From positions 21,824,001 through 21,888,000 of the forward strand of contig OX597831.1 in the NCBI GenBank assembly GCA_951406725.2: 64,000 nt of DNA, given 5' to 3'. Below are positions 53,570-64,000 of the stretch, in pieces. Each line of letters opens with the position of its first letter. Position 1 is the first letter of the stretch. A program made the translations under genes and the position numbers. Origin of the DNA: Octopus vulgaris (taxonomy: Eukaryota). Below the pieces are notes generated by a model. The model did no database searches and was not told the DNA's origin. It was given only the letters and a program-made list of their open reading frames with translations.

Positions 53570-55930
53570 CACCATGATGGATAAAATAACACTGGATGTC
53601 TCACTAAAGGACATCCTATACCCAATAGGAAGGATTATTCATATACGCGATCTTTTGGAGAAAACCAACCAATTTGTACATAGATTTGATGACTTACTAA
53701 GAAAAGTATAGTATTCAAATTTAGGAGGAATCCACTGACTAACCAACACCTAACCAGATTTGAAGAGGAATTATATAGAATGGTTAAGAACGTGAAGTTT
53801 TAATGTACATCAGCAGAAAATCAGAAATTATTTGTATATTATGGAATAGATTAGATAGGGAGAATGCTTTTGATATAGCAATGGGGTCATCTCACTCTGC
53901 ACAGGTCACAGACTTAGTCGGAATGTATATTCTTTCGTTAATCCAGTCTTCAGTATCAGGCGTCATCTATATAGGGATGATGCCTTATTTTTTCTGGACA
54001 GAAGTAGCAAAGTACAATTATAAACGCGTAGAAAAGATTTCTTTCAATTGAAAAAGAAAAAAAATAGGATTAAACATTACTATGTGAAAAGATTATCGTA
54101 GAATAAATTTTCTTGACGCTACTTTCTGTCTTGATGCCGGATCATTTCATAAGCCAAATGCTCATATTAAGTACATTAACGGAGCATCCGACCACCCACT
54201 CTCGATAATACAGAGATTAGTTAAGAATATTTCTACAAGAATTTCTAGATTACCTACAAATAATAAAATTTTCGAATCACATGCAAATTATCATAATGCT
54301 GCTGGGTACCGTCAAAAATTCAATATATACAGAAGCAGGCATATACAACACTGGTAATTCCTCCAATAGTAATACACATTGTACAACATCACAACTTCAC
54401 GGTATGAGAACCCACTCAGATAGAGAATATAGGCCAGCAAGAATTGGTCAAGACAATGAACTACCAACGAAAACTCATAGACACACACGACAGGATAATC
54501 CAACAGCTTGTTCTAATCAGATACATCACGCTCCATCAAATAAGCGTAACAACAGATATACGAATCAGGATTTCCTCTGGTGCAACCCAATTTTCGTTTC
54601 GCGTGTTTCAAACAAGATCGCTGGAAAATTTTTTGCCGCTTTGGACAAATGTTTTCCTAAATCTAATCGATATCATGCTATTTTTAATTGGCACACAGTG
54701 AAGATATCCTACGCTAATTCTGGTAATTTAGAGCCGCTTATGCTCCACGTAAACAATAATAATAATACGACAAAAATTTAATAACCCGCCTACTGGATTT
54801 AGCGAACATATGCATTTAAATACCAACAAAGGAGGTGTAAACCGCAATGAAAAGCACCAATTACGGCCAAATTGCAATAGTAGAAATGCTTAAGATATAG
54901 CTAACACATTTATTTGTAAGTATGTCAGTTCTTATGGAGTCGGAAAATGGAGTCAGAACTGCCATACTAACAAATAAATATCATAAATTCTCATGCTGAG
55001 AAAAATCAAAATGCCCTTTGACGAACCTGTGTATGAGTGCAAATCTAGTATATAAATGTACCGTGCACACAAGGGGATGGCCGTGTATTTACATTGGGCA
55101 GACAGCTGATTCATGTAAGAAACGTTATTGCGACTTTGTCATCAAGCTTTAAGAGCATCAATAGGAGACATTCAACATCTTTGGCCGATTTTGTATGGTG
55201 ACTGAAGGAGGATAAAAGTAAGTACAACATTATTTGTCCATAGTAAGGCACGCGAAACCATACACTATCATTGCCAGGAGATGCCGACTCTGCTCCGAGG
55301 CATCCCTGTCTATTCTGTGGACCAATGAAAAGATCATTAATAGAATTTCTGAAAGACTCAAGATTCCTACAAGCATATAAGTGTACTTCCGCACAATGCA
55401 GTGAGAATGAGTTTGAGTAACTGTCAACAAAATTTACTTTAAGGTATGGACGAATTAAGTTTAGTTTTAACCTTCCCATTCTTATAAACACCGAGTAGCT
55501 ATTTAACTCGCTTTGTAATCATGATTGCAACAAGCCACACGTGTGCGTATGCTTACATTTTCGCGGATGCATGTATGAGCGAGTATACACACGCCACGCG
55601 GCTTGCGAGAGGGCGTTTATACGTCAAAATTTGTTAACGTTTGTTTTTAATACTTTTCTCGGTGTATTTGAGTGTTCGATTCTTTTTTTTTTTTTTTTTC
55701 ATCTGTGATTTTATTTGTGATCTTCGATGTAAATGAAGTTATTTTCTTCGCTTTGCTGCTTTCTCTTTCTACGAAATGAGAAAATATAATTGCGAAACTG
55801 TAACTTTAACGAGTTGTGTCTATTTATCGCCCCATGAGAGACAGCTACACCGCCATTGTTAAGTGTCCCATCTGTGAGGAGGTCGATGCTAGATAAGGAG
55901 AAACAATTCTCCTGATTAATAATAAATTCT
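53570..55930 (+). pseudogene. Decayed Penelope-like retroelement (RT plus C-terminal GIY-YIG), Naiad-like motifs
   Basis: FDIAMGSSHSAQVTDLVGMYIL, LYRDD (53967-53981), INFLDATF, KYINGASDHP, LWCNPIF...FPK...IFNWHTVKISY, SC*EKSKCPLTNLC...VYKCTV, YIGQT (55090), TSLADFVW*LK, CRLC; many frameshifts. Confidence 0.88.
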
Positions 55931-56033
55931 CGTATATTCCATCTGCCGTCTTTCTTTTACCATATAAATATATATATATATAACATGGTGAATTAGTTAT
56001 ACACAACCTTAAATACATGTATGCATATATATA

Positions 56034-56079
<46 letters not shown>

Positions 56080-56495
56080 CATATATACATGTATGCGTAT
56101 ATATATATATATATATACACATACATACACAAACACATATATACGCATACACACTTTCCCATTTATATATATATGTATATGCATGCATGTATATCGTTAT
56201 ATATATATATATATGCACATATATACACACACACATACACACACAAATACACACAAATACATACACACACATGCATGCATACACACACACATATACGGTG
56301 AGTGCCTATTTGTAAGAAATTATAGTGTACTTACGTATTTAAATTGAGATACGAAAATAAATTGTCGATGCAGACACAAAGGCCACGATAGATAAATGAA
56401 TAAATAATCATACAGAAAGAATCTTACTCCTTTCTTAATCCCCTCTTGCTACCTTAATGATTCATCTCATCGTTTCTAGTACTTCTACCACTTAC

Positions 56496-56662
56496 CTTTA
56501 TTTAAATTCTCTCCATCCCATATATCGTTCCGATTCGCATCTACACGTAGCAATATTGTCTTAAGAGGTACAGCGACACTACGTATGTTTCCGGTGGCAT
56601 CAAGGATATAGGTGCCCAGTTCTGATCTACGTATGCGATGGTTTGTTGTCAGTAAATAAATA
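56496..56662 (-). CDS. Weak candidate internal exon of an unknown gene
   Basis: TCTTACAG acceptor, AAG|GTAAGT donor, one open frame (IYLLTTNHRIRRSELGTYILDATGNIRSV...GENLNK), non-repetitive sequence; no recognised domain. Confidence 0.22.
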
Positions 56663-56931
56663 CTGTAAGACCAACCGCATTGAATTGCCCGGGAGCTTAT
56701 AATGCTGCTGAGGGAGCCCTGGCGCAAGGTAATAATACGCATTTAATTGGCCCACAGTAATTTAAGCTAGCCACGGTCTAAATACGGGCCAGAAGCTTTT
56801 TAAGATATCCTTTAGTATTATGAATATTACATCGATAGCGTCGTTTGGAGGAATTCTATGAAAAGGTGTCCAAATCATGTCTGTATACACACACACATAC
56901 AGACACATACACAGGCAAGTGTGTATGTGTC

Positions 56932-57131
56932 TGTAATCCAAACATGAACAAGCAAGAAAAAACAACAACGCGAGGACGTGGAATAAGTACAGTGTTATTG
57001 GACGCTCAGTAGAGGAATGGAAAGAAAGAGGACTTCACGTTTCGAGCGGAGCTCTTCGTCAAAATTATAGAAAAAGTCCAAAGAAGGCAAGACAGAGAGA
57101 GAAAATCGCCAACGATACACACGCGGTCACA
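56932..57131 (-). mobile_element. Hammerhead-bearing element family H1
   Basis: Minus strand TTGACGA A GAGC TCC GCTC GAAAC GTG AAGT (57032-57062); perfect stem II, C3>U and GUG triplet. Confidence 0.8.
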
Positions 57132-57184
57132 CACGCGCGCGCGCGCACACACACACACGCGTATAAATATATATATACATACAT

Positions 57185-57398
57185 AAGACAAAATAGAGCG
57201 AAAAATTATAGAAGACTCGTATTATATGGTTAAATAATATATTTAAATCGTTATGCGAGAAAAATGTTATAAAATTTTGTGTAAAGTAACATTGTTCTTC
57301 GAGAAATTTTTATGACATTTTTCTAACATAACCATTTCAATATATCCTTTAACCATATAACACAAGTCTTCTGTAGTTTTTTCACTCTATTTTGTCTT
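57185..57398. repeat. Long imperfect inverted repeat (fold-back MITE-like)
   Basis: AAGACAAAATAGAGCGAAAAATTATAGAAGACT... / ...AGTCTTCTGTAGTTTTTTCACTCTATTTTGTCTT; arms ~95 bp. Confidence 0.9.
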
Positions 57399-57441
57399 TT
57401 ATACATCCAACCACGTGCTTTCGCATACCAACTCTCTCACC

Positions 57442-57473
<32 letters not shown>

Positions 57474-57475
<2 letters not shown>

Positions 57476-57640
57476 CGCAGCAATGGCTGTGTGGTAAGTA
57501 ACTCGCTTCCCGAACACAAGTGACTTCTACTATGGCCTCGGAGTAACTAAAGCCTTGTGAGTGGAATCGGTAGACGGAAACTGACTGAAAAACCCGTTGG
57601 ATACACACACACACACACAAACACACACGCACGCACATAC
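57474..57640 (+). mobile_element. SINE family A, deleted 5' portion
   Basis: GGCGCAGCAATGGCTGTGTGGTAAG...GGTAGACGGAAACTG. Confidence 0.75.
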
Positions 57641-57713
57641 AGGTATATATGTAACTTAATAGAAAGAGTTAGGCGCAGTAACATTCAATAAAGGAAAATA
57701 ATTATCGTAAGTA

Positions 57714-57859
57714 ATTGTGACTGACGGTGCCAAAGCACCTATATTGTTGGAATTAAAAGTTAAAGACTCTTAATGCTGTTAATGACTCTTCTTACACCAT
57801 TAAGAGTCTCTAACTTTTGTTTATAGCAATATATGTGCTTCAGCACCGTCAGTCGCATT
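57714..57859. repeat. Imperfect inverted repeat, arms ~62 bp
   Basis: TGTGACTGACGGTGC...GACTCTTAATG / CATTAAGAGTC...GCACCGTCAGTCGCA. Confidence 0.88.
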
Positions 57860-57893
57860 TAGTGGCGAGGAAATATGTATGTGTGTATATATA

Positions 57894-58307
57894 GGCACAG
57901 GAGTGGCTGTGTGGTAAGTAGCTTGCTTACCTATCACATGATTCCGGGTTCAGTCCCACCGCGTGGCACCTTGGGCAAGTGTCTTCTACTATAGCCTCTG
58001 GCTGACCAAAGCCTTGTGAATGGATTTGGTAGACGGAAACTGAAAGAAGCCCGTCGTATATATATATATGTATATATATATGTGTGTGTGTGTGTCTGTG
58101 TATCTGTGTTTGTCCCCCTCCCATATCACTTGACAACCGATGTTGGTGTGTTTACGTCCCCGTAACATAGCAGTACGGCAAAAGATACCGATAGAATAAG
58201 TACTAGGCTTACAAAGAATAAGTCCTGGGGTCGATGTGCTCGACTAAAGGCGGTGCTCCATCATGGCCACAGTGAAAAGACTGAAACAAGTCAAAGAGTA
58301 AAAGAGT
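57894..58307 (+). mobile_element. SINE family A
   Basis: Homology to other copies. Confidence 0.92.
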
Positions 58308-58585
58308 GTTATCATTTTAAGTTCTGTAACTTCCGAGATTTCTACTTTTTACTTTATAACCTAACCGAAATAAGCTTACAGTTATTATATATTTAACTTT
58401 CGCCGGCAGTAGCCTTTTTTCCCCCGTAAATAGACAAGTACTACTGAGTATTATAACTATTCTAATTGCATATCTAAATTTTTCAGCCGGTCGAAAGATT
58501 TTCAGATGGTTAACATGTAACATCAGTTGATATATCCTTATGTTATATTTCTCTCTTGCTTTCTCTTTTCTTTTTCTTTATTTTC

Positions 58586-58703
58586 CTGCTCTGATGAAGT
58601 TCTACTATTTACATTGGAGTAATTATTTATAATGATAATTAATATTGTAATAATTAAGGCTGATTATGCCCAAAATAGCGCGAACAGAAACAGCTGTAAG
58701 ATG
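58586..58703 (+). ncRNA. Hammerhead-like motif with long stem II insert
   Basis: CTGATGA (58591) A GTTC-TA-CTATTT...AAATAG-CGC-GAAC A GAAAC AGCT GTA; palindromic ACAGCTGT stem III; stem I weak. Confidence 0.55.
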
Positions 58704-58825
58704 AGATATTTTTCTTTATATAATCAATAAATAATAATTGATGTTCATCAATTATCAATTTTATCTCTGTTCGTTTTTGGATTTAGTTTGCAAGATTCTT
58801 TATGTGAGTTCATGTATTGAAGCAT

Positions 58826-58965
58826 ATTTTGTTGTGTCTGGGGAGAGTCATTCTCTTTTAGTGCCTTATTACTTAACACACTCACCGGAGTTGAAACTTT
58901 ACCGGTGAGTGTTTTAAATAAAAGGGCACAAAAAAAGGTAATGACTCGGCCTGACGCAACAAAAT
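58826..58965. repeat. Imperfect inverted repeat (MITE-like)
   Basis: ATTTTGTTGTGTC...ACACTCACCGG / CCGGTGAGTGT...GACGCAACAAAAT. Confidence 0.85.
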
Positions 58966-59152
58966 TTTATCTCCATTTTCTCATTTTCCCTTAAATATAG
59001 ATAAACTTCGGTTTATTCCTTTCCTTACCAATCTATTATGAGCAGTAATACTAATAGTCATAATCACATATAGGTAACACACCTGTAATTCACTGGCTAC
59101 CAATGTCCCTTAGACGGTTTTTATAACCTCTGACTGAACTTACCTTTATATA

Positions 59153-59156
59153 TGTG

Positions 59157-59245
<89 letters not shown>
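59153..59245. repeat. (TG)n microsatellite
   Basis: Direct reading. Confidence 0.97.
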
Positions 59246-59249
<4 letters not shown>

Positions 59250-59256
59250 ATGGAGT

Positions 59257-59740
59257 GGGCTTCTTTCACATGTTTCTATCAAATCCACTCACAAGGCTTT
59301 GGTCGGCCCGACGCTATAATAGAAGACACTTGCGCAAGGTGTCACACAGCTTGCTTACCAACCACATGGTTCCGGGTTCAGTCCTACTGCGTGGTACCTT
59401 GGGCAAGCGTCTTCTACTATAGCCTTGGGCCGACCAAAGACTTGTGAGCGGATTTGGTAGACGGAAACTGAAAGAAGCCCGTCGTATATGCGTTTGTGTG
59501 TGTGTGTGTGTCTGTGTTTGTGTGTGTCTCTGTGTGTGTGTGTTTGTCCCCCCAATATCGCTTGACAACCGATGGGGGTGCGTTTACGTCCCCGTAACTT
59601 AGCGGTTCGGCAAAAAGAGACCGACAGAATAAGTACAAGGCTTACAAAGAATAAGTCGTGGGGTCTATTTGCTCGACTAAAGGAGGTGCTCCAGCATGGC
59701 AGCAGTCAAATGAATGAAACAAGTAAAAGAGTAAAAGAGT
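59257..59740 (+). mobile_element. SINE family A (59349-59740) fused head-to-head with an inverted fragment (59257-59349)
   Basis: 59257-59349 is the reverse complement of 59387-59480. Confidence 0.88.
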
Positions 59741-59984
59741 ATATGTATGCATACATATATACATACACACACACACACACACGCACTCTCACACATATAG
59801 AACGAGGCCATCAGTGGCAGCGAGAGAGGTTCATTATGGCATCCATCGCATATTAATTCATTCGTTGCTTAATTAGTAATAAATTCATTAATTCATCTCT
59901 TCAAATACACTTATAAAAGAATTTATTGTGCAACTAAAATAATCATTAAAGCAGGTATTTCTTACGTTTTAATCTCTCCCTCTT

Positions 59985-60019
<35 letters not shown>

Positions 60020-60524
60020 ACACACACGCATTCTCGCGCCCTCTATATATCTGGAAGTGATACATATACATATACTTATAAATGCAGATAAATATGTGTG
60101 TGAGTGTATGTATGTATGTGTGTAAGTATGTATGTATGTATGTATGTATGTATGTATGTATGTATGTATGTATATAGACATGTATATACATATATATATA
60201 TATATGTGCACACACATATATATGCATTTCCTGTCTACCCGGTTTCACTTCCAGAGCTTGGCTTTACCCATGACTAGGGTAAAATTCAACCCACTAACAG
60301 TTTTTCTCTGGACAGATATCTGGCACGCAGCAAACACCTAAACAACTCGCGCATGCCCACACCAAAACGCATCTGGATGATTTCCACAACACGCACACAC
60401 ACAAACACACACACACACACATTTATATGTGATTACGTCATGTTTAAAGACATAATTGTGAGAAAATGTACTCCGTACATGCAGAAGAGTATATTGCATT
60501 TGGAAGAGACTGGTGATTCACTCC

Positions 60525-60602
60525 ATCGTTACTCAGAGCTTTTTACTACGTGCGATTGTTTTCTTGAACAATCGTTTGTAGCGAGAAACTCTGAATAGCG
60601 AT
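60525..60602. repeat. Imperfect hairpin, 36-bp stem
   Basis: ATCGTTACTCAGAG...CGATTGTT-TTCTTG-AACAATCG...CTCTGAATAGCGAT. Confidence 0.75.
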
Positions 60603-60942
60603 AGAAATACTGGAGTTTCCTCCACGCTTTCGTTTGGACTCTAAAGTCAACGATCTACGTTTATTCAAGCAGAATATCAACAGCCCCCAACTCAGAGAGA
60701 ACACATGCCCCTTTCCACCTCACAATGTCTCAAGTACAAAATTTAATGCAAAAGCCGTGGTCATAAGTACTGCGGTATATTTCCTAACTGAATCGTTATT
60801 CTTTCCTGTAGATTAGGAGTTCTAATCATAACAAGGTTGACCTGTCTTTCTCTTTTCTTGGGCCGGCGATAATATAGTTTGCAATGATTTGTATTTCACT
60901 GCCTTATTGAACTTTCATATCTACATTTGTATATATCTCATA

Positions 60943-61235
60943 GTGGAGGCGCAATGGCCCAGTGGTTATGGCAGCGGACTCGCGGTCGGAGGATCACGGT
61001 TTCGATTCCCAGACCGGACGAGCGAAAACACCTAAAAGCTCCACGTGTATCCGGCAGGGGTTTGTGGAGACCCTTGTTGTACTCTTTCACCACAACTTTC
61101 TCTTACTCTCTCTTCCTGTTTCTTGAGTAACTGCGATGGACTGGCGTCACATCCAGCTGGTGGAGGGGATGGCACATACGCCACAGAAACCTGGAAACCA
61201 GGCCCATGAACCTGGTTAGGCTTGAAAAGGGCGAC
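60943..61235 (+). mobile_element. Chimeric SINE: family B head with family C-type tail
   Basis: B head, then CTGCGATGGACTGGCGTC...AGAAACC...GGCCCATGA...TAGGCTTGAAAAGGGCG as at the 39853 3' end. Confidence 0.85.
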
Positions 61236-61889
61236 GTTTATCGGTTTTAAATATTTCATAAATATATTTTACAAATTACATTTTTTTTTTGTTACTATTT
61301 TGTGTGCAGTGCCTTGGAAACTAGGCATTCACCTTGGGTCCTGAGGTCTGGCGTCGTAAGGGAAATTCTAAACAATGAGGACGAAATTTCTCGAACTAAA
61401 AAGGAAATAAAACTTAATAAAAACAACAGTTGAGGCACGTAGCGGATAGGGGTGATGCGGAAGTGGAGAGAATGGCTCATGTGTTGTTATGACATTTCAC
61501 AGGATTTCAAATTTTGTCACATGAGAGGTGTACATACACCTCTCCTTGAGAGAAAATAAATAGAGAAGAGAAACTAAAAATTTCCGAATAGTGTGCACAT
61601 TGTAGTAAGACGACGGAATCCTACATTGGAGGGCTGAATTGGGGCCCTGAATACAATATTTATACACACTGTGAAGGACCATGTTTGAAACGGGTAAAAG
61701 AGTATGTGTGTGTATGTGTGTGTGTGTGAGTGCTCCAGCATGATGGCAGTCAGTTGACTGAAACAAGTAAAAGTGTATAAGAGTATATACATATATATAA
61801 CCCAATATTTGTACGGTATTGTTCATAGCTTAACTACATCGAATTTAACCGATAAAAACGAATTTTTCGTCTTATAATGTTACATATAC

Positions 61890-61932
<43 letters not shown>

Positions 61933-61936
<4 letters not shown>

Positions 61937-62118
61937 CGCGAATCGCTGGCGATTTCTTTTCTTCCGTCTTCCTTTTCAATTGGACCTTCCTCTGTTTCTG
62001 AAGAAAGCGCTTTGCTCGATACTGTAAACCACCTTTCTTTCCTTCTCTGAGCGTCTGCTGATATATTACATGTAACACGTCCTCGCGTTTCTGTTTTTTG
62101 TGTTTGTTCTTCGTGTTA
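61933..62118 (+). mobile_element. Hammerhead-bearing element family H1, diverged, between (TA)n tracts
   Basis: GGCGATTT...GTTT CTGAAGA AAGCGCTTTGCTC GATAC TGT AAAC...CTGAGCGTC...CACGTCCTCGCGTT. Confidence 0.72.
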
Positions 62119-62139
62119 TATATATATATATGTGTGTGT

Positions 62140-62178
<39 letters not shown>

Positions 62179-62179
<1 letters not shown>

Positions 62180-62546
62180 TGGAGGCGCAATGGCCCAGTG
62201 GCTTGGGCAGCGGACTTGCGGTCGTAGAATCGCGGTTTCGATCGTGTGTGTTTATTGACCGAAAACACCTAAAGCTCCACAAGGCTCCTGTAGGAAGCGT
62301 TGCGAACCCTGCTGTGCTCTTTTACCACAACTATCTCTCACTCTCTCTTCCTGTTTCTGTTGTACTTGTATATCAAAAGAGTCAGAATTGTCACACTCTG
62401 TGTCACGCTGAAACTTCCTGAGAACTACATTAAGGGTACAAGTGTCTGTGGAGTGCTCAGCCACTTGCATGTTAATTTCACGAGCAGGCTGTTCCGTTGA
62501 TTGGATCAACTAGAACCCTCGTCGTCGCAACCGACGGCGAACCACG
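62179..62546 (+). mobile_element. SINE family B, tail type 1, diverged
   Basis: Homology to 19653. Confidence 0.88.
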
Positions 62547-62828
62547 ATATATATATATATACATATATACACACACCTCACACATATGTGTATATATTAT
62601 CGACCGCACATACTCAACGTATGTGTTTTATATTGTATTTTCACTGGTTCGATGCCAGATAGTGCTTGGGGGTCAACTCGCCTGTCAATGAGTTTCAGAT
62701 GTTTTAATACCCAACATTATGAGGGAATCTTCCCCTATAATCTATTCTGCAGCAAACCCACGAACAAAGAAAGCACATACGTTGAGTATGTATTTTTACA
62801 ACGCTAACGGTACTTTAATTCGTCAGTG

Positions 62829-62915
<87 letters not shown>

Positions 62916-63456
62916 TAGACGTTTGTTGTCCACAAGTTAAGTATGAAATTTTTACTGAAGTTTTTCTATAAGTGTTAAGAGGTACTTGTTGCAGGAAGGA
63001 GAAGAGAAAATAAATATTTCCGAAGAGTGTGCACTTTGTAGTAAGATGACGGAATCCTACATTGCAGAGCTGAATTAGGGCCCTGAATACAAATATTTGA
63101 TACTGGCTGGACCTATGTGATTTCCATTCCTTTACTTATTTATTTTTTTTGTACCTTTCTCAATATCAACTGGAATGTTTTCGTCACCCGACAAAGCTGT
63201 GAAGCAGATGATGTAACCAGTATCGAAGTAATGCTGATAATGTGCGCAACTCACATGCACACACACTCTTGGGAAAATACATAGAAACACGTACATATCG
63301 CATACGTAAATAAATATACGTGTCGACCCACCTACATACAAACATACACGTCATACGCCTACACAAACACAGAGACAGATATGTACATCCAACAAATACA
63401 CACACACACACACACACACACATACATATTATTTACGTATGCGCATGTATATGTTT

Positions 63457-63742
63457 GGAGGCACATGGCCTAGTGGTTAGAGCAGCGGACTCGCGGTCGA
63501 GGGATCGCGGGTTCGAATCTCAGCCCGGGCGACGTGTGTGTTTATGAGCAAAACACCTATGCTCCGCGCGGCTCAAGCAGAAGGTAGTGGCACACTTCAG
63601 CTGACTCTTTCGCCACAACCTTCTCTCACTCTTTCCTCGTGCATCTTGCAGCTCACCTGCGATGGACGGGGAACCTATACGCCAATGAAACCGGGAAACC
63701 GGCTCATCATAAGACAGGCATGGCTTGAGAAGGAACAAACAA
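63457..63742 (+). mobile_element. SINE family B-related, tail type 3
   Basis: TGGCCTAGTGG and GGTTCGAATCTC boxes; homology to 38695. Confidence 0.88.
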
Positions 63743-64000
63743 TATATATGTTTATATATATGAAACCTCAGAAAAACTCAAAGATATACATATATCGCGC
63801 CCCCGTCCACGACCGCATGCATGACTGAGAGTGTTAGTGTGTGTGCGTGCATGTGTGATTGCGTACTTGTGTGCATATATGTGTATGTGTGTATATACGT
63901 GATAATTCTTCTTAGTTTCTGACACAGAACCAATAGTCCCCCAGAACCAGTAGTCCCCCGGTTCAAATTATTTTATCGACTTCGAAAGGATGAATAGTAA

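Larger units (their letters stand above)
61565..63120. repeat. ~120-bp diverged direct repeat (61565-61690 and 63001-63120)
   Basis: TTTCCGAA.AGTGTGCAC.TTGTAGTAAGA.GACGGAATCCTACATTG...GGGCCCTGAATACAA occurs twice. Confidence 0.88.

Noticed and set aside
54997-55201. In-frame TGA codons in the Naiad-like element as possible selenocysteine
   Set aside because: They follow rather than replace Cys/Trp (C*E, W*L), fit CGA>TGA decay in a frameshifted pseudogene, and no SECIS was recognisable

Overview
AT-rich, microsatellite-saturated eukaryotic non-coding DNA (intergenic or a large intron). The tRNA-derived SINE families and repeat style point to a coleoid cephalopod, most likely Octopus (inference). 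No intact host gene is supportable; almost all listed ORFs are microsatellite or SINE read-through, and there is one weak candidate exon (56496-56662, minus). The window holds about 25 SINE copies from several modular families. LINE remnants include R4/Dong, RTE, CR1, an I-group element with RNase H and an L1/Tx1-like ORF1. It also holds a decayed Penelope-like element (RT plus GIY-YIG), Tc1 (DD36E spacing), mariner and hAT remnants, a Helitron, a Helentron-type MITE, local duplications and a cluster of fold-back hairpins. The most interesting signal is at least seven minimal type-I hammerhead ribozyme motifs (CUGANGA...GAAAC-GUH with a palindromic stem III). They are carried by short non-coding elements sitting in (TA)n tracts and by a tRNA-headed SINE with a Penelope-style inverted partial copy at its 5' end. 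Together these suggest non-autonomous ribozyme retroelements mobilised by Penelope-like elements. All structures and alignments were read by eye; no folding or database search was run.
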